Assembly: GCF_001194135.2 (NCBI RefSeq)
Contig: NC_068983.1
Span: forward strand, 98,510,142 to 98,573,821
Source of the DNA: Octopus bimaculoides
Lineage: Eukaryota
DNA: 63,680 nucleotides
Reading direction: 5' to 3'
How positions within the stretch are numbered: position 1 is the first letter of the stretch; every line of letters starts with the position of its first letter. Positions 1 to 11,895 of this stretch are shown piece after piece. The position numbers were made by a program, and so were the translations under genes. The notes beneath the pieces are model-generated. The model worked only from the letters and a program-made list of their open reading frames with translations, ran no database searches and was not told the DNA's origin.

Positions 1-15
1 TATATGATATATATA

Positions 16-141
16 GGTGCTGCTCCAGCATGACTGTAGCCTAATGACTAAAACAAGTAAAAGAATAAAAGAATATTATCTATTATCTTTTACTTGTTCT
101 AGTTATTAGATTACAGCCATGCTGGGGCACCACCTTCAAAA
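16..141. mobile_element. Two SINE family A 3' tails in tail-to-tail inverted orientation (16-74 +, 86-141 -)
   Basis: gctccagcatgactgtagcctaatgactaaaacaagtaaaag and its reverse complement tcttttacttgttctagttattagattacagccatgctggggcacc match the tail of the full SINE A copies elsewhere in the window. Confidence 0.7.
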
Positions 142-675
142 CTTTCAGTTAAATGAATTGAACATGGTGCTTTGTTTTTCTTTTTTAAGCCTGTTACTTA
201 TTCCATTGGTCACTTTTGTCAAACTACTAATACATCAAAAAGGAAGCACAGTAAAGTGTGACACGCCCCCAAAACCGGGTTCCAATAGTAGACCCTACAA
301 TCCACAATCCACCCTAGTATGTAGTATAATACAATGCAGGACATGAAACTCATGAAAGGCTAAAGTGCAGCATACAAGCCAAATAATATTTAAAAAATTA
401 ATAAGCAGAAAACAGGTGTGGCATTCAAAGTTTTATAGGACAGACACACATTTCAGCAAAGTGCCAAAATAATTACATAACAGAAGTAGAAACATTATGC
501 CACCATACATTTCACCTCATCTGTGTCCTACATTTTACAGTGGGGAAACTGATGAGATGAAGTGCATGATTGCATATTGCTTCTACATCTGTTCCGTACT
601 TATTTTGGCATTTTTATTAAATGAATGCAAGTTCTATAAAGCTGTTTCCTGCATATTATTTTTCCATATACAAAT

Positions 676-771
676 GTGTGTGTGTGTGTGTGTGTGTGTG
701 CATGTGTGCGTGTGTGTATGTGTAGATAGACAAATAGATAGATACATAGATATAGAAAAAGATTATATATG

Positions 772-802
<31 letters not shown>
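676..802. repeat. Compound microsatellite (TG)n/(GATA)n/(TA)n
   Basis: Direct reading. Confidence 0.95.
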
Positions 803-806
<4 letters not shown>

Positions 807-966
807 TTAATGAATGGAGTAAAACGCATATGTTAACTGCATACTTTTATTTCCAACATATGTTTTGAAGATTACAAATTATACCATCCATAGGAATCGG
901 CGATGTTAAAAATGTAATCTTCTCTTCAGGGAAATGCATGGGAACCATCTTAAATGTAAGACATTA
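803..966 (-). mobile_element. Short non-coding dispersed repeat carrying a hammerhead fold (Penelope-like LTR relic, copy 1)
   Basis: Near-identical copy at about 20976-21138; both abut a (TA)n tract; contains the hammerhead fold at 849-935. Confidence 0.7.
849..935 (-). ncRNA. Type I hammerhead ribozyme motif (probably inactivated, G12A)
   Basis: Minus strand: stem I AUUUCC/GGAAAU (6 bp), core CUGAAGA, stem II GAAGAUUACA/UGUAAUCUUC (10 bp), AAAA in place of GAAA, palindromic stem III ACAUAUGU, triplet GUU. Confidence 0.7.
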
Positions 967-1154
967 TACTCAAGTACCCAAAACATCAAGGAGTTTCTAC
1001 CTCATAAACAGGAGTTACACCACAGTTATTTTGTGATCTTTGCTACCCTGGTATCTATTAACCAATTTATTTTGTCCGAGTTATTTATTAATTAGGAGAA
1101 AATAAATACATATAATAATATATATATATATATATATATATATTTGTATGTATG

Positions 1155-1188
<34 letters not shown>

Positions 1189-1189
<1 letters not shown>

Positions 1190-1575
1190 CTTTTATCTTT
1201 TCCTTTGCTTGTTTCAGTCATTAGACTGTGGCCATACTAGGGCCACATCTTGCAAAATTTCAGTTGAACAAATCAACCCCAACACTTAATTTTTATAGCT
1301 TGGTACTCATTCCATTAGTCTTTTTGCTGAACCACTAAGTTACAGAGATGTAAACACATCAACATCAACTGACAAACAGTGGTGAGACACAAAAACACAC
1401 ACATGTAGAGATACATATATATATGGTAGGCTTCTTTCAGTTTCTGTCTACCAAATCCATTCACAGGGCTTTTGTTGGTCTGAGGCTATAGTAGAAGACA
1501 CTTGCCCCAGGTGTCACACAGTGGGTCTGAACCTGGAACCCTTTGATTAGGAAGCAAACTTCTTATCACACAGTA
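1189..1575 (-). mobile_element. tRNA-derived SINE family A (CORE-like segment), diverged
   Basis: Reverse complement of the head (ggttcagaccc B-box, ctggggcaagtgtcttctactatagcc) and tail (gactgaaacaagcaaagg) seen in plus-strand copies such as 21657-22090. Confidence 0.85.
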
Positions 1576-2009
1576 ATCTCAGCAGTATCATTTCCCATTT
1601 CTTGGCATAAGTGATTAACATGGATGACTTTTATTGTATAAGTGAATTGCTGTCATTTCAGACTCAACGGTGATTAAATAAAATCTCCAATAATTAAATC
1701 AAGAGATTTTTATTGTTTTCACTTCAATGAAATACAAAAACGATTTGCGCAAAACTCTTCCTCTTATTTAATTCTCTTTGGATCTAATCCTTCAATTTAT
1801 TTTCTGTAAAAAATTTTATTTGATTATTCTTACCATACAAGGTTATATTAAATATAGTGTGCAGGATAATATCCCCAGGGTCAGCATTCTTGATAAACAT
1901 ATGGAGGCTTGATTAACTGATGTTGAATGATTGGTAGGGCTGAATTTCATTGCATGCTTGATTCCCATATAAAACCAAGTCCATTTTATATTTTTGAAGA
2001 CATCATTTA

Positions 2010-2701
2010 TTCAGACAGATTGTATGATGCCTGCACACATACAGCTATGTTACCCAGCGGTGAAACCTTGGCTATGACTACAGAGAACTTGTGAAGGCTT
2101 GAAAGAAATGAAGCTAGCATGCACTGCTGGATGGGTAATGTCAGTGTGCATGCACAACAGAGCGTAAATGATTTAAGAGGAAAACTGTATAAGAGGCATC
2201 AAATATGTGCAAGAGAGAAGACTGCACTGGTTTGGTCATGTGATGCGTATGGATGAGGGCAGCTGCATAATTGTGAAGGGTACCTGTGGAAGGGGTAGCC
2301 CCAGGAAGACATGGGACAAAGTGGTGAGAAAGGATTTTCGGATGCTGGACCTCCCTGAGGAAATGTCAAATGACTGGGAGATGTGACAATTTGCTGTACT
2401 TGATAAGACACATCAAGCAAAGTAAAATCCTTGTCTTCCACACATACAGGCTTGTCCTTTCAAGTGCCACTTAAAAAGCACCATTGCTGGTGCTGTGTTA
2501 ACGCACCCATGCCGGTGGTATGTAAAAAGCACCCAGCACACTGTGTTAAGTGGTTGGCATTGGGAAGGGCATCCAGCCATAAAAACCATGCTACAACAGA
2601 CAGTTGGAGTCTGAACAGCTCCCTGCTAGCTAGCTCCATATCAAACTGTCCAACCCGTGCTAACAAGGAAAGTGGATGTTAAACAATGATGATGATGATG
2701 A
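2010..2701 (+). mobile_element. RTE-clade LINE, 5'-truncated 3' end (degenerate RT C-terminus, 3' UTR, (GAT)n tail)
   Basis: Manual translation gives RLERNEASM..W..NVSVH, VQERRLHWFGHVMRMDE, GTCGRGSPRKTWDKVVRKD; ends in gatgatgatgatg. Confidence 0.85.
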
Positions 2702-2719
2702 TTTGTATGATTATAATAA

Positions 2720-3140
2720 TTACCAAACACTGTCACTGGTTACGAGTGGTGAGTTATATGTATGATATGTCTAGCTAAGAATGGAAAGCTACATATTCAT
2801 GTGTGGCAAGAGGTGAGAATTAAGAATGTTCTGTGCACATGCTTGGAGAAGTGCTTTACAGACAAAGTGATTCTTATCAACCCAAGGACAAGTAGCCAAC
2901 CAAGAATCCTGCATTCATCTCTCTTGTCAGAAACCTCTCCCGACCTCTGCACTGATTGTTCTGCACTTCTATATTTATGACCAAACTTTGACAGGAAAAT
3001 CATGGAAAATTCCATCTTTCATACAATTACAGCTGAAATACTATTGGTCAAAATTCAGGGTAAGTCCATCTGATATGCTGTGGCCTTTTTCTCATTACTG
3101 GACCACTGCACTTTCAAACCTAAGCTCTGCTACAAACATG
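2720..3140. repeat. Unclassified dispersed repeat, diverged copy 1 (copy 2 at 39430-39840)
   Basis: Shared blocks atgcttggagaagtgc..tagacaaagtgattct, cagctgaaatactatt, catctgatat.ctgtggcc, ttctcattactg. Confidence 0.6.
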
Positions 3141-3391
3141 TCAATTGCAAATACATGGTGTGCACCACTGCAAACCATGGCAATTGAAGAAAATAATAAT
3201 GATATTAGCTATGTGAAGAACCCATTGCCACCTGCCTAACTTCAGAAGCACCACAACAACGACTGTGTAAACTGGTAGGGGGAGAGTCTTTTCCATTGCA
3301 CCCTCAATACAGAATGTATGTTAAGTCATTACGCTTATTAAACACCAGTTTTTTTCTTATCACTTTTAAAATGTCATTCGTTTACTGCACA

Positions 3392-3692
3392 GAGGTTATG
3401 ACAAGTGACCGAGACCTTTGGCAATATGCTGTGCTTGAGAAGACTTGTCAAGCCAAGTGAAATCGTAGTTGTAGCCCTTGCTGGTGTCACATAACTGGCA
3501 CTCTTGCTGGTGGTACATAAAAAGCACCCATTACACAGTTAGAGTATCTGGTGTTAGGAAGGGCATCCAGCTGTAGAAAGCATGCCAAATTAGACAGGAA
3601 CCTGGTGCAGCTCTCTGGCTTACCAATTGCAGTCAAATTGTCTAACGCATGCCACTATGGAAAACAGATGCTAAATGATGATGATGATGATA
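3392..3692 (+). mobile_element. RTE LINE 3' end fragment
   Basis: Translates to MTSDRDLWQYAVLEKT; followed by the RTE 3' UTR (aaaagcaccc, ttaggaagggcatccagc) and a (GAT)n tail. Confidence 0.8.
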
Positions 3693-4014
3693 TACAAGTG
3701 ATGGGAAGCAGGAAGCTTGATTGGATGCTAGAATTATAAGTGTTGGCACAGTAATGTGCCAGCTCTAGCATTCGATCCTCAGAAGAGAAGTTGATAAAAA
3801 AAAAATATTGTTGTCTTCAATTTGGCTTTTGTACCTATCCTCACCAATTATCATGAATGTTGGATAATGACTGAAAAAGTACAGTTGACTGAAAGAGTAC
3901 AGTCATGAATGCAAGTGGCTGAAAAGTAGTTCCTCCAAACTCTCTCTGGAGTAACATTATTCAATAAAGTTCATAGCTCAAAGATCAAGGAGTCTCTCCA
4001 GGTTTCATTGCTAC

Positions 4015-4240
4015 CTCACTGCATTGAGAGGTCACAGATCCAGTACTAGAAATGTGCGAGTGAGTAGAGTGTTGCAGGAAAGAACTGCAAAATGGCTTTG
4101 TTGAGCTGAGCCAACCCGCAGGAGATGGTTGAATAATATCCATAGTTTCAGTTGATCACACTTGAGAATCCAGCTGGAAAGTCTAATAACAGTTGCTTCT
4201 GATAGGAACTTATGGAGGAGATGCTTGAGAACTCTACTAC
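4015..4240 (+). mobile_element. Degenerate RTE-like LINE C-terminal fragment
   Basis: caacccgcaggagatggttgaataatatc resembles R(G)RP.RRWLNNI, and gataggaacttatggaggaga resembles DRNLWRR. Confidence 0.45.
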
Positions 4241-4344
4241 CATGACCCTCCCAGGAACAATGGGTGGAGAAGATTGATGGATGGATGGGTATATTAGTAT
4301 AATCATGTTGTAAAAGTGTTGCTAATATTCAAATATAAATATAC

Positions 4345-4525
4345 ACATATATATATATATATATAATGCATGCATGCATACATATATACATGCATACACA
4401 CTCACACACACACACACACACACATACATACATACATACATACATACATACATACATACATACATACATACAAACAAACAAATAAACAAACATACATACA
4501 AACAAACAAACAAACAAACAAACAA
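4345..4525. repeat. Compound microsatellite (TA)/(CA)/(TACA)/(AAAC)
   Basis: Direct reading. Confidence 0.95.
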
Positions 4526-4967
4526 ATGTAACTGCTGCTATCAGACAGGAATAAAATTTTGGCTATAGAGAGGATTTTCAGAGATAAACTGATGAAAAAT
4601 ATAAGAACAGATTAAAATTTTTTGTCAAATGAACATATCAAAGACTATCTCAGCATTAAACAGATGCCCAGTTATCCATCAAAGACCACATCTCTTTATT
4701 CTTCTATTTGTTAAAAGTGGAATCATGCAAGAAAAGTGGTACAATTAAGTAAAAATGTACATACTACCACAAAAATAAATATAATTTTCTAAAATTAATA
4801 TTAAGTATTACCAAATATTTCATCTAAGAAAATAACAATAATTGTACTTAAATCAACATTTCTGATGGTCATGAAATACAGGGTTGATCTTTTTAGTTAA
4901 ACATTCAATATTTTGAGAAAATATGTTGTTTGATGAATATAAACAACTAGTTTATTTAGGTGACCAT

Positions 4968-5428
4968 ATCTTTTATCTTTTACTTGTTTCAATCATTGGA
5001 CTGCAGCCTTAAAGGGTTTGGTAAAAAGAAAAAAAATCAACCCTGATACTTATTTTTAAGCTTGGTACATATTCTATCAGTCTCTTTTTGCTGAACTACC
5101 AAGTTATGGGGACATTAACAAACCAACACTGGTTGTCAAATTGTTGTGGAGGACAAACACAAGCACAAAGATGCATGCCTATAAATATATACATACATGC
5201 ATGCATACATACATACATACATACATACATACATACATACATACATGCATGCATGCATACATACATACATACATACAAACAAACACAATGAGCTTCTTTC
5301 AGTTTCCATCTACTAAATCCATTCTCAAGACTTTAGTTGGCCCAGTGTTATATTGAAAGACACTTCTTGCCCAAGGTACAGTGAAGTGAGATTGAACCCC
5401 ACATCACAAGATTGGGAAGCAAGTTACT
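4968..5428 (-). mobile_element. SINE family A with internal (TACA)n
   Basis: Tail, internal microsatellite and head all match family A on the minus strand. Confidence 0.8.
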
Positions 5429-5436
5429 GCATCTTA

Positions 5437-5634
5437 CTATTTTACTTGTTTCAGTAATTTGACTGTGGCCATGCTGGAACACTGCCTTTTAGTCAAACAA
5501 ATCAACCCCAGGACTTATTCTTCGTAAGCCTAATACTTCTATCATTCTCTTTAGCTGAACAGCTAAGTTAAGGGGATGTAAACACACCAACATCAGTTGT
5601 CAAGTGATGGTGGGAGGACAAACATAGACATGCA

Positions 5635-5680
<46 letters not shown>

Positions 5681-6588
5681 NNNNNNNNNNNNNNNNNNNN
5701 NNNNNNNNNNNNNNNNNNNNNNNNNNNNNNNNNNNNNNNNNNNNNNNNNNNNNNNNNNNNNNNNNNNNNNNNNNNNNNNNNNNNNNNNNNNNNNNNNNNN
5801 NNNNNNNNNNNNNNNNNNNNNNNNNNNNNNNNNNNNNNNNNNNNNNNNNNNNNNNNNNNNNNNNNNNNNNNNNNNNNNNNNNNNNNNNNNNNNNNNNNNN
5901 NNNNNNNNNNNNNNNNNNNNNNNNNNNNNNNNNNNNNNNNNNNNNNNNNNNNNNNNNNNNNNNNNNNNNNNNNNNNNNNNNNNNNNNNNNNNNNNNNNNN
6001 NNNNNNNNNNNNNNNNNNNNNNNNNNNNNNNNNNNNNNNNNNNNNNNNNNNNNNNNNNNNNNNNNNNNNNNNNNNNNNNNNNNNNNNNNNNNNNNNNNNN
6101 NNNNNNNNNNNNNNNNNNNNNNNNNNNNNNNNNNNNNNNNNNNNNNNNNNNNNNNNNNNNNNNNNNNNNNNNNNNNNNNNNNNNNNNNNNNNNNNNNNNN
6201 NNNNNNNNNNNNNNNNNNNNNNNNNNNNNNNNNNNNNNNNNNNNNNNNNNNNNNNNNNNNNNNNNNNNNNNNNNNNNNNNNNNNNNNNNNNNNNNNNNNN
6301 NNNNNNNNNNNNNNNNNNNNNNNNNNNNNNNNNNNNNNNNNNNNNNNNNNNNNNNNNNNNNNNNNNNNNNNNNNNNNNNNNNNAGGCCAGGACAGAGGTA
6401 TAGATAGAAAGATGGAGGAAGACAGATAGATAAATAGATAGAAAGATAGATAGATAGATAGACAGATAGATAGATAGATAGATAGAAAGATAGTCACGTC
6501 AGAATAATAGTAGACTTACTTGCAAAAAAGGACGTGTGCGTTCAATAATGTAATAATACAAAGAATATATATACATGTATACACACAC

Positions 6589-6622
<34 letters not shown>

Positions 6623-6785
6623 ATATACGACAGGCTTCTTTCAGTTTCCATCTACCAAATCCACTCACAAGGCTTTGGTCAGCCCAAGGTTATAGTAGAA
6701 GACACTTACCCGAGCCATGCAATGGGACTGAACCTGGAACCATGTGGTTGGGAAGCAAACTTCTTACTACACAGTTACACCTATG
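5437..6785 (-). mobile_element. SINE family A pieces (tail 5437-5640, head 6625-6785) separated by microsatellites and a 703-N gap
   Basis: Family A tail and head sequences; gap at 5681-6383; may be one or two copies. Confidence 0.7.
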
Positions 6786-7749
6786 TCTATCTTAGGTTAA
6801 ATTTTTCCTTACTTTTTCTTAAAATTGACAATATACTTTAAAATTTTGCCTTTTCTATATATCATATATGATACAGACTTCCAATTTTTATCAACCATCA
6901 GTGTAGCTTGGGACTCATGAAAGGAAAGCTTTATATTATTCAGAACATACGAAACAAGGACTAACTAAAGGTTGAAATCAAGTATGGATGTCAAGAACAA
7001 ACTTATGAAAATGCTTTGAAGGGTAGAGTTAATGCTTGAACTCACAATTGCTCTGAAAATGTTGCACAAACCACTGACATTCAACTTCATCTATTTTTCA
7101 CTATACCTTCTAAAATACTGCTGTAGGCAACAATAAGTTACCAGTAAGTTACCAATAATAAAAACATGGTGTAGGTATCATCTGCAGTTGAAAATTTTGC
7201 CTTGCAACCGTGTGGTTCTGGGTTCAATACAACTGCCCTGCACATTAGACAATTGACAAGTCCCTGGACCTCTTGGAGGATCGTTAGAGCACGGCAGCCA
7301 TGCAGCATGTCTAGGGTGAGAAAGCCTGGCAGAGCCCATCCCTCTCCAGGCTAAAAAGCACATTTTTTTATTGAGTGAAATTTGGTAGATTGAACCCATG
7401 AGGAGCAAATCTGCCTGTACCTGTTCATGGAGAGAAAGACATAATACACAACCCAGTTTATCACCACCACTGGGCCTTGAATACTTTTAGCAGGGTCCAC
7501 TCATTTGCAAGAATTTGAACCAAGTCTTCATTCTGAGCAAAACAAGAGATATTGATGCAATGCCTCTGATTGCACAAACCCAGCAGTCATTGCTTATGAC
7601 TGAAAGCAGGAAAATCTTTTACAAGCCAGTGAGAGGGTACTGATGCAGACACTTAACTCCATAAATCAGGCTCAAAGGTCCTTCAAGTTTCATAAATGCC
7701 AAAATTCCTCGTCTGACTAAGCCATAAAAAACTTCAGTTTTCATATCAA

Positions 7750-7909
7750 ATGTGAACAACCTTTTTTTTGAGAAGCGGGCCACATAAGACATAGTTCATC
7801 ATCAGATGGGCCACACTACTAAAAAAATGAAAGTAATTTTTCATAAGGCATACCATGCAGAAACTTGTGGATTGCATGTGGCCCACAGGCCGCAGGTTGC
7901 CCATGACTG
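7750..7909 (+). mobile_element. hAT (Charlie-like) non-autonomous element end
   Basis: gcatgtggcccacaggccgcaggttgcccatgactg resembles the terminal GGCCCGCGGGCCGCAGTTTGCCCA..CTG motif of hAT MITEs; no left end or TSD found. Confidence 0.45.
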
Positions 7910-8620
7910 CTTTATTTGTCACTATGGCTTTTAAAGTATGGCTACAAGCAAGGCAATAACAAAATGTCAAAAATAATCATTAATCTGTATACGTTACTAA
8001 GGCTTCGTAAAATGTTGCTATGGGCAACCATATGTCACCTACAATATACTTCAATCCTTATACTCCACAATTGTTTCAAAAGTATTGCTGTGGGAAACAG
8101 TAGTAAACATAAATCATTATACTCCATAATGTCTTTTTAAGCATTGTCACTAATAATATACATCCATCATAATGTATATTCCACCCCTTCTTCAAAATTG
8201 TTGCTACAGGTAATAATAAGTCATCAAGAATATACTTTAAACTAAAACATGGACAAACTTTTGTTGGCAGCAAGACTTATGAGATATGTCTTATCACACA
8301 TCCAGCCACACCACAAAAAAAAAAAAATAGTGTATCAAATGTCATGTGTAGTTCTCAATGTAACTAACCAAATCATAAAGATATTGTAATGAGGCTTACA
8401 TTCAAAACTCTGTTGATTCAGTAATTAAGATCAGGTCTCATTCAGATCAGGTAACTGCCCTGGATACTAACCGATAAAATCACTCTTTATTATCCAAAGT
8501 TCCAGATGTTCCCGTGTAATGGCAGTTCTAAAAGCAAAAACTCAGTCAAACACACCTGAGAGGCACACATAGACATATACAACAAGTCTGTAAGAAGACT
8601 AGTTTCTTAACTACCACTCA

Positions 8621-8943
8621 GTGAGGCACATGGCTAAGTGATTAGGTTATTCAGTTCAAGACATAAGGTTGTGAGTTTGATACCTAGTGGTGCATTGTGA
8701 TCTTCAGCAAGTCATTTTATTTCACATTGCTCCTGTCCACTCAGCTGGCAAAAATGAGTTGTACCTGTAATTCAAAGGGCCAGTCATGTCACATTCTGTG
8801 TCATGTTGAATCTCCCTGAGAACTATGCTCAAGGTACACGTGCCTGTGGAGTGCTCCATCACTTGTACATTAATTTCATGAGCAGGCTGGTCTGTTGATC
8901 GGATCAGCTGGAACCCTTGCTGTCATAACTGATGGAGTGCCAG
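8621..8943 (+). mobile_element. tRNA-derived SINE (family C-type 3' tail)
   Basis: gaggcacatggctaagtg head; ccactcagctggcaaaaatgagt middle shared with 25431-25676; gtacctgtaattcaaaggg...ggagtgcca tail shared with 62609-62981. Confidence 0.8.
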
Positions 8944-9041
8944 TTACCACTCAGTTCTGGTTTAAAGGAATCATTGAATATGAAGAACAGAGTATTTCTC
9001 ACATCTTTCATAGAGCTATTCTTTATTAGTAATTCAATTTC

Positions 9042-9256
9042 ATCCTCATCAACATTAACATCCGTTTCCCATGCAGGCATGGGTTGGACAGCTTGACAAG
9101 AACTAGCAAGGTCAGGGTTCTACATCAGCTTCCATGGTCTGTTTCGGCTTGGTTTTGATGACTGGATGCCTTTCCTAATGCCAACCACTTTACAGAGTGT
9201 ACTGGGTGCTTTTTACGTGGCACCAGCTCCAGTGCCTTTTATGCAGTACCAGCACC
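9042..9256 (-). mobile_element. RTE LINE 3' UTR fragment
   Basis: Reverse complement of the RTE tail (catgggttggacag, ggatgcctttcctaatgccaaccac, ggtgctttttacgtggcacc). Confidence 0.8.
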
Positions 9257-9889
9257 CCTCCCCTCAACAGTACACACCTAACCTGAATGCTAATTAATCA
9301 AGACCCATCTAGCTAGTCCAACAATATTTTCAAAGAAAATTTGTAACAATAAAATACTATGGTGCAGGAGTGGCTGTGTGGTAAGTGGCTGTGTGGCAAG
9401 TAAAATAAATTACTTGCAAATTCCAGTGAAAGATTCAGTGGTGAAAATTTTTTTACTATCATCTGCAGATATCTGAGCTGCTGTAACTCGCACATAACAG
9501 CAAAATGATTGTTAATCTGGAACATTTCTCTTCTTAACTTACCTTAACTCTAATATAAACACCAACTTAATGCGTTGAATATTTTTACTATTAAAAGATG
9601 ACTCACATTGAAGGTGAGATACATATTTTTCCTGTAGGTTTCGAATGAATCTGATCATCAGAACTATTGAAAATCACTGTCTTTAGGTTAACTCTACCAT
9701 TCAAAGTGAGATAGATGTAATAGTAAAAGTTTACTGGAAAGTTACCTATATCATACCAGCCTATCAATCAGTATCACCTTGTTATAAAAGCTATAGAAAA
9801 CAATTAAACAGTGTGAATTTACAATTACACCCGTCTCCCTTTGAAGGTGAAATTCATACTTTTCCTGTGGGTTTTTTTAATGTAATTTC

Positions 9890-10913
9890 CAGAGGTCCCC
9901 AACCACCGGGTCGCAAAGAAATAGTTAACTTGTTTAAAATTATATAATAGATAAATTGAATATTGAACTTTAATTTAAGAAGATTTGTTTAAATATTCAA
10001 TATTCATCCACTCAATACTATCTATCTATCATAACTGTAAGTACATTTTATCATTAACATATATTTTAATAATTAATGTATATTGTACATCTACTTTTAT
10101 AATAACTGCAAGTACATTTTACAATCAATGTATATTTTTATTTATTTGTAATAATTTTCAATTAATTTTCTAACCCAAACTAATTTTCAGATTTTAAAGT
10201 ACTTCGGTATACGAGAGTGAAAAGATTAGGCAAGACTTCCTTTTGTACCCAGCCCCCAACAAACACCCCTTTTTTTATTTAATTTTTTTTTCTACACGAA
10301 CCCCTGTTTTCGGCTGCAGAGAATACAAATTTGCAAAAAATTGGCAAAAATTGGCATTTTTAAATTACCCCACCCCTCACCCAACACACACATACACACC
10401 CTAAATTCTTCATTCTTAACTTTTTTCACAATTCTTTTTTCAAAATATGCGAACAAATATGGAGATTATGATACTGAAAATTTCCAAACATTTTTCGACT
10501 TAGGGTTAGGGTTAGTGTTAGGGTTTTAGGGTTAGGGTTAGGGTTTTAGGGTGAGGGTTAGGGTTAGGGTTGGGGTTTTAGGATTAGGTTTATGGAAAAA
10601 AGTGAAAAATGAAGAATTTGGTGGGGAAGGAGTAAGGAGGTGACAAAAAAATTTCCAAATTCCGATTTTTGGCAATTTTCCAGAATCTCCGTATCCGAAA
10701 ACATGGGTTTTTGGCAAAAAAAAATTTTAAAAAAACAATAATTTGTGAGAAAATGAGACGGGAGGAAGTCTTTCCAAAGATTTTTTTGCCTTTAATAAAT
10801 TGCCTTTTTTATTATCGCTATATTAAATTACACATATGTGTCACTATCGGTCCATGGAAAAATTGTCTTGCATGAAACCTGTCCGTGGTATAAAAAAAGG
10901 TTGGAGACCACTG
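9890..10913 (+). mobile_element. hAT/Charlie-like termini enclosing an unclassified repeat with a TTAGGG array
   Basis: Left cagaggtccccaacc; right ggtataaaaaaaggttggagaccactg; flanking 8-mers do not match. Confidence 0.45.
10500..10590 (+). repeat. Interstitial degenerate (TTAGGG)n array
   Basis: ttagggttagggttagtgttagggttttagggttagggttagg... Confidence 0.9.
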
Positions 10914-11769
10914 CTTTAAACTAATCTAACGACCAAAATTGTCAGAAATCACTTGTTCTTTATGTAAACTACACCTTCAAAGTGAATTGGGAGTAAAAGT
11001 AAAAAATTTACCCATAATATTTTTATTTCACAGGCAACATCAGGGATCCTTCTAGCTAAATCTAGATCTCAGTTTTCTTTTTATTTATTTAATGCATTAG
11101 TTAGACTCCTTATGATTGGTTAAGATTTTTTACTGTCTTTTTTTATGAAGCTAAAGGAGGGTACATTAAATAATTAAAATGAAAATAATTCCATCACAAA
11201 TGATAGACAACAATATTTCATTGACAAAATATGCTTTATGCATTTACTCCTTTACTCCTTAGGTGTTCCTGCTATAAGCAACACAAACTAGTAACAATAT
11301 ACTTTAATCCTTATTCTCCATTACAGTTTCCAGTGTTGCTATTGGCAACAACTTTCACTGACACAGTCACAAATATTTTGTAGCTGGAGTTAGTAGAAAA
11401 TAATTAGAATTCAAAGAATGTAACTGGTTCCTACAAAGTCAGAATTAATTCTATGAAAGAATTATTCGATCAAAAGAAGATGATCACAGAACATTTTCCC
11501 ATTATATGTTGAAGCTATTCAAAGTTATTGATAACAATCGATAAACACAGCTTTGAAGCATTTATCTGATGATTTTGATGTTTTTGATTAAAAGCTGATA
11601 CATCAAAAGCTTCTGTTGTCACATGGAAATATTGGCAATAAATTCTGTTTCTAGAGTGAATAGGACTTTAATCGATATCAATCAACTGTATGAAGATATT
11701 CTGTTAGTTCTGAAGGTTTCTTGCATTAAACAAAATGTATTCATATCCCAAGTTTTAACCAAACCCTGA

Positions 11770-11840
11770 TGTTTAGCTCCAGGTCAGATTTGATTGATTG
11801 AGCAGATCTATGATCAAAGGCATTCCAATCGTGACCACCT
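11770..11840 (-). repeat. Unclassified dispersed repeat (related copies near 12110-12250, 29990-30065, 30185-30260, 31660-31860)
   Basis: Shared ttagctccaggtcag..ctgattgagcagatctatgatcaaag / cagggctgacctagggctaaacaa motif. Confidence 0.55.
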
Positions 11841-11843
11841 TGC

Positions 11844-11895
11844 AGTGTACAATAATAGTGTACAATAATAGTGTACAATAATAGTGTACAATAAT
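11844..11895. repeat. 13-bp tandem repeat x4 (agtgtacaataat)
   Basis: Direct reading. Confidence 0.9.

Noticed and set aside
4322-4568. YI/CV/TH-repeat ORFs here and at 12723-13144, 27729-28306 and others
   Set aside because: Translations of microsatellites; no coding evidence.
5568-6497. Long ORFs of 140-310 aa spanning N-runs (also at 13796, 26648, 41058, 54811, 56258, 61836-62717)
   Set aside because: They are open only because N codons contain no stops.
9630-9668. Hammerhead-like CUGAUGA...GAAAC on the minus strand
   Set aside because: Stem II is barely paired and there is no U16.1/NUH triplet; at best a decayed relic of a Penelope-like repeat.
11260-11370. Two plus-strand acceptor sites followed by short C-terminal peptides (GVPAISNTN*, SSVAIGNNFH*)
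   Set aside because: No upstream exon or homology; expected by chance in AT-rich DNA.
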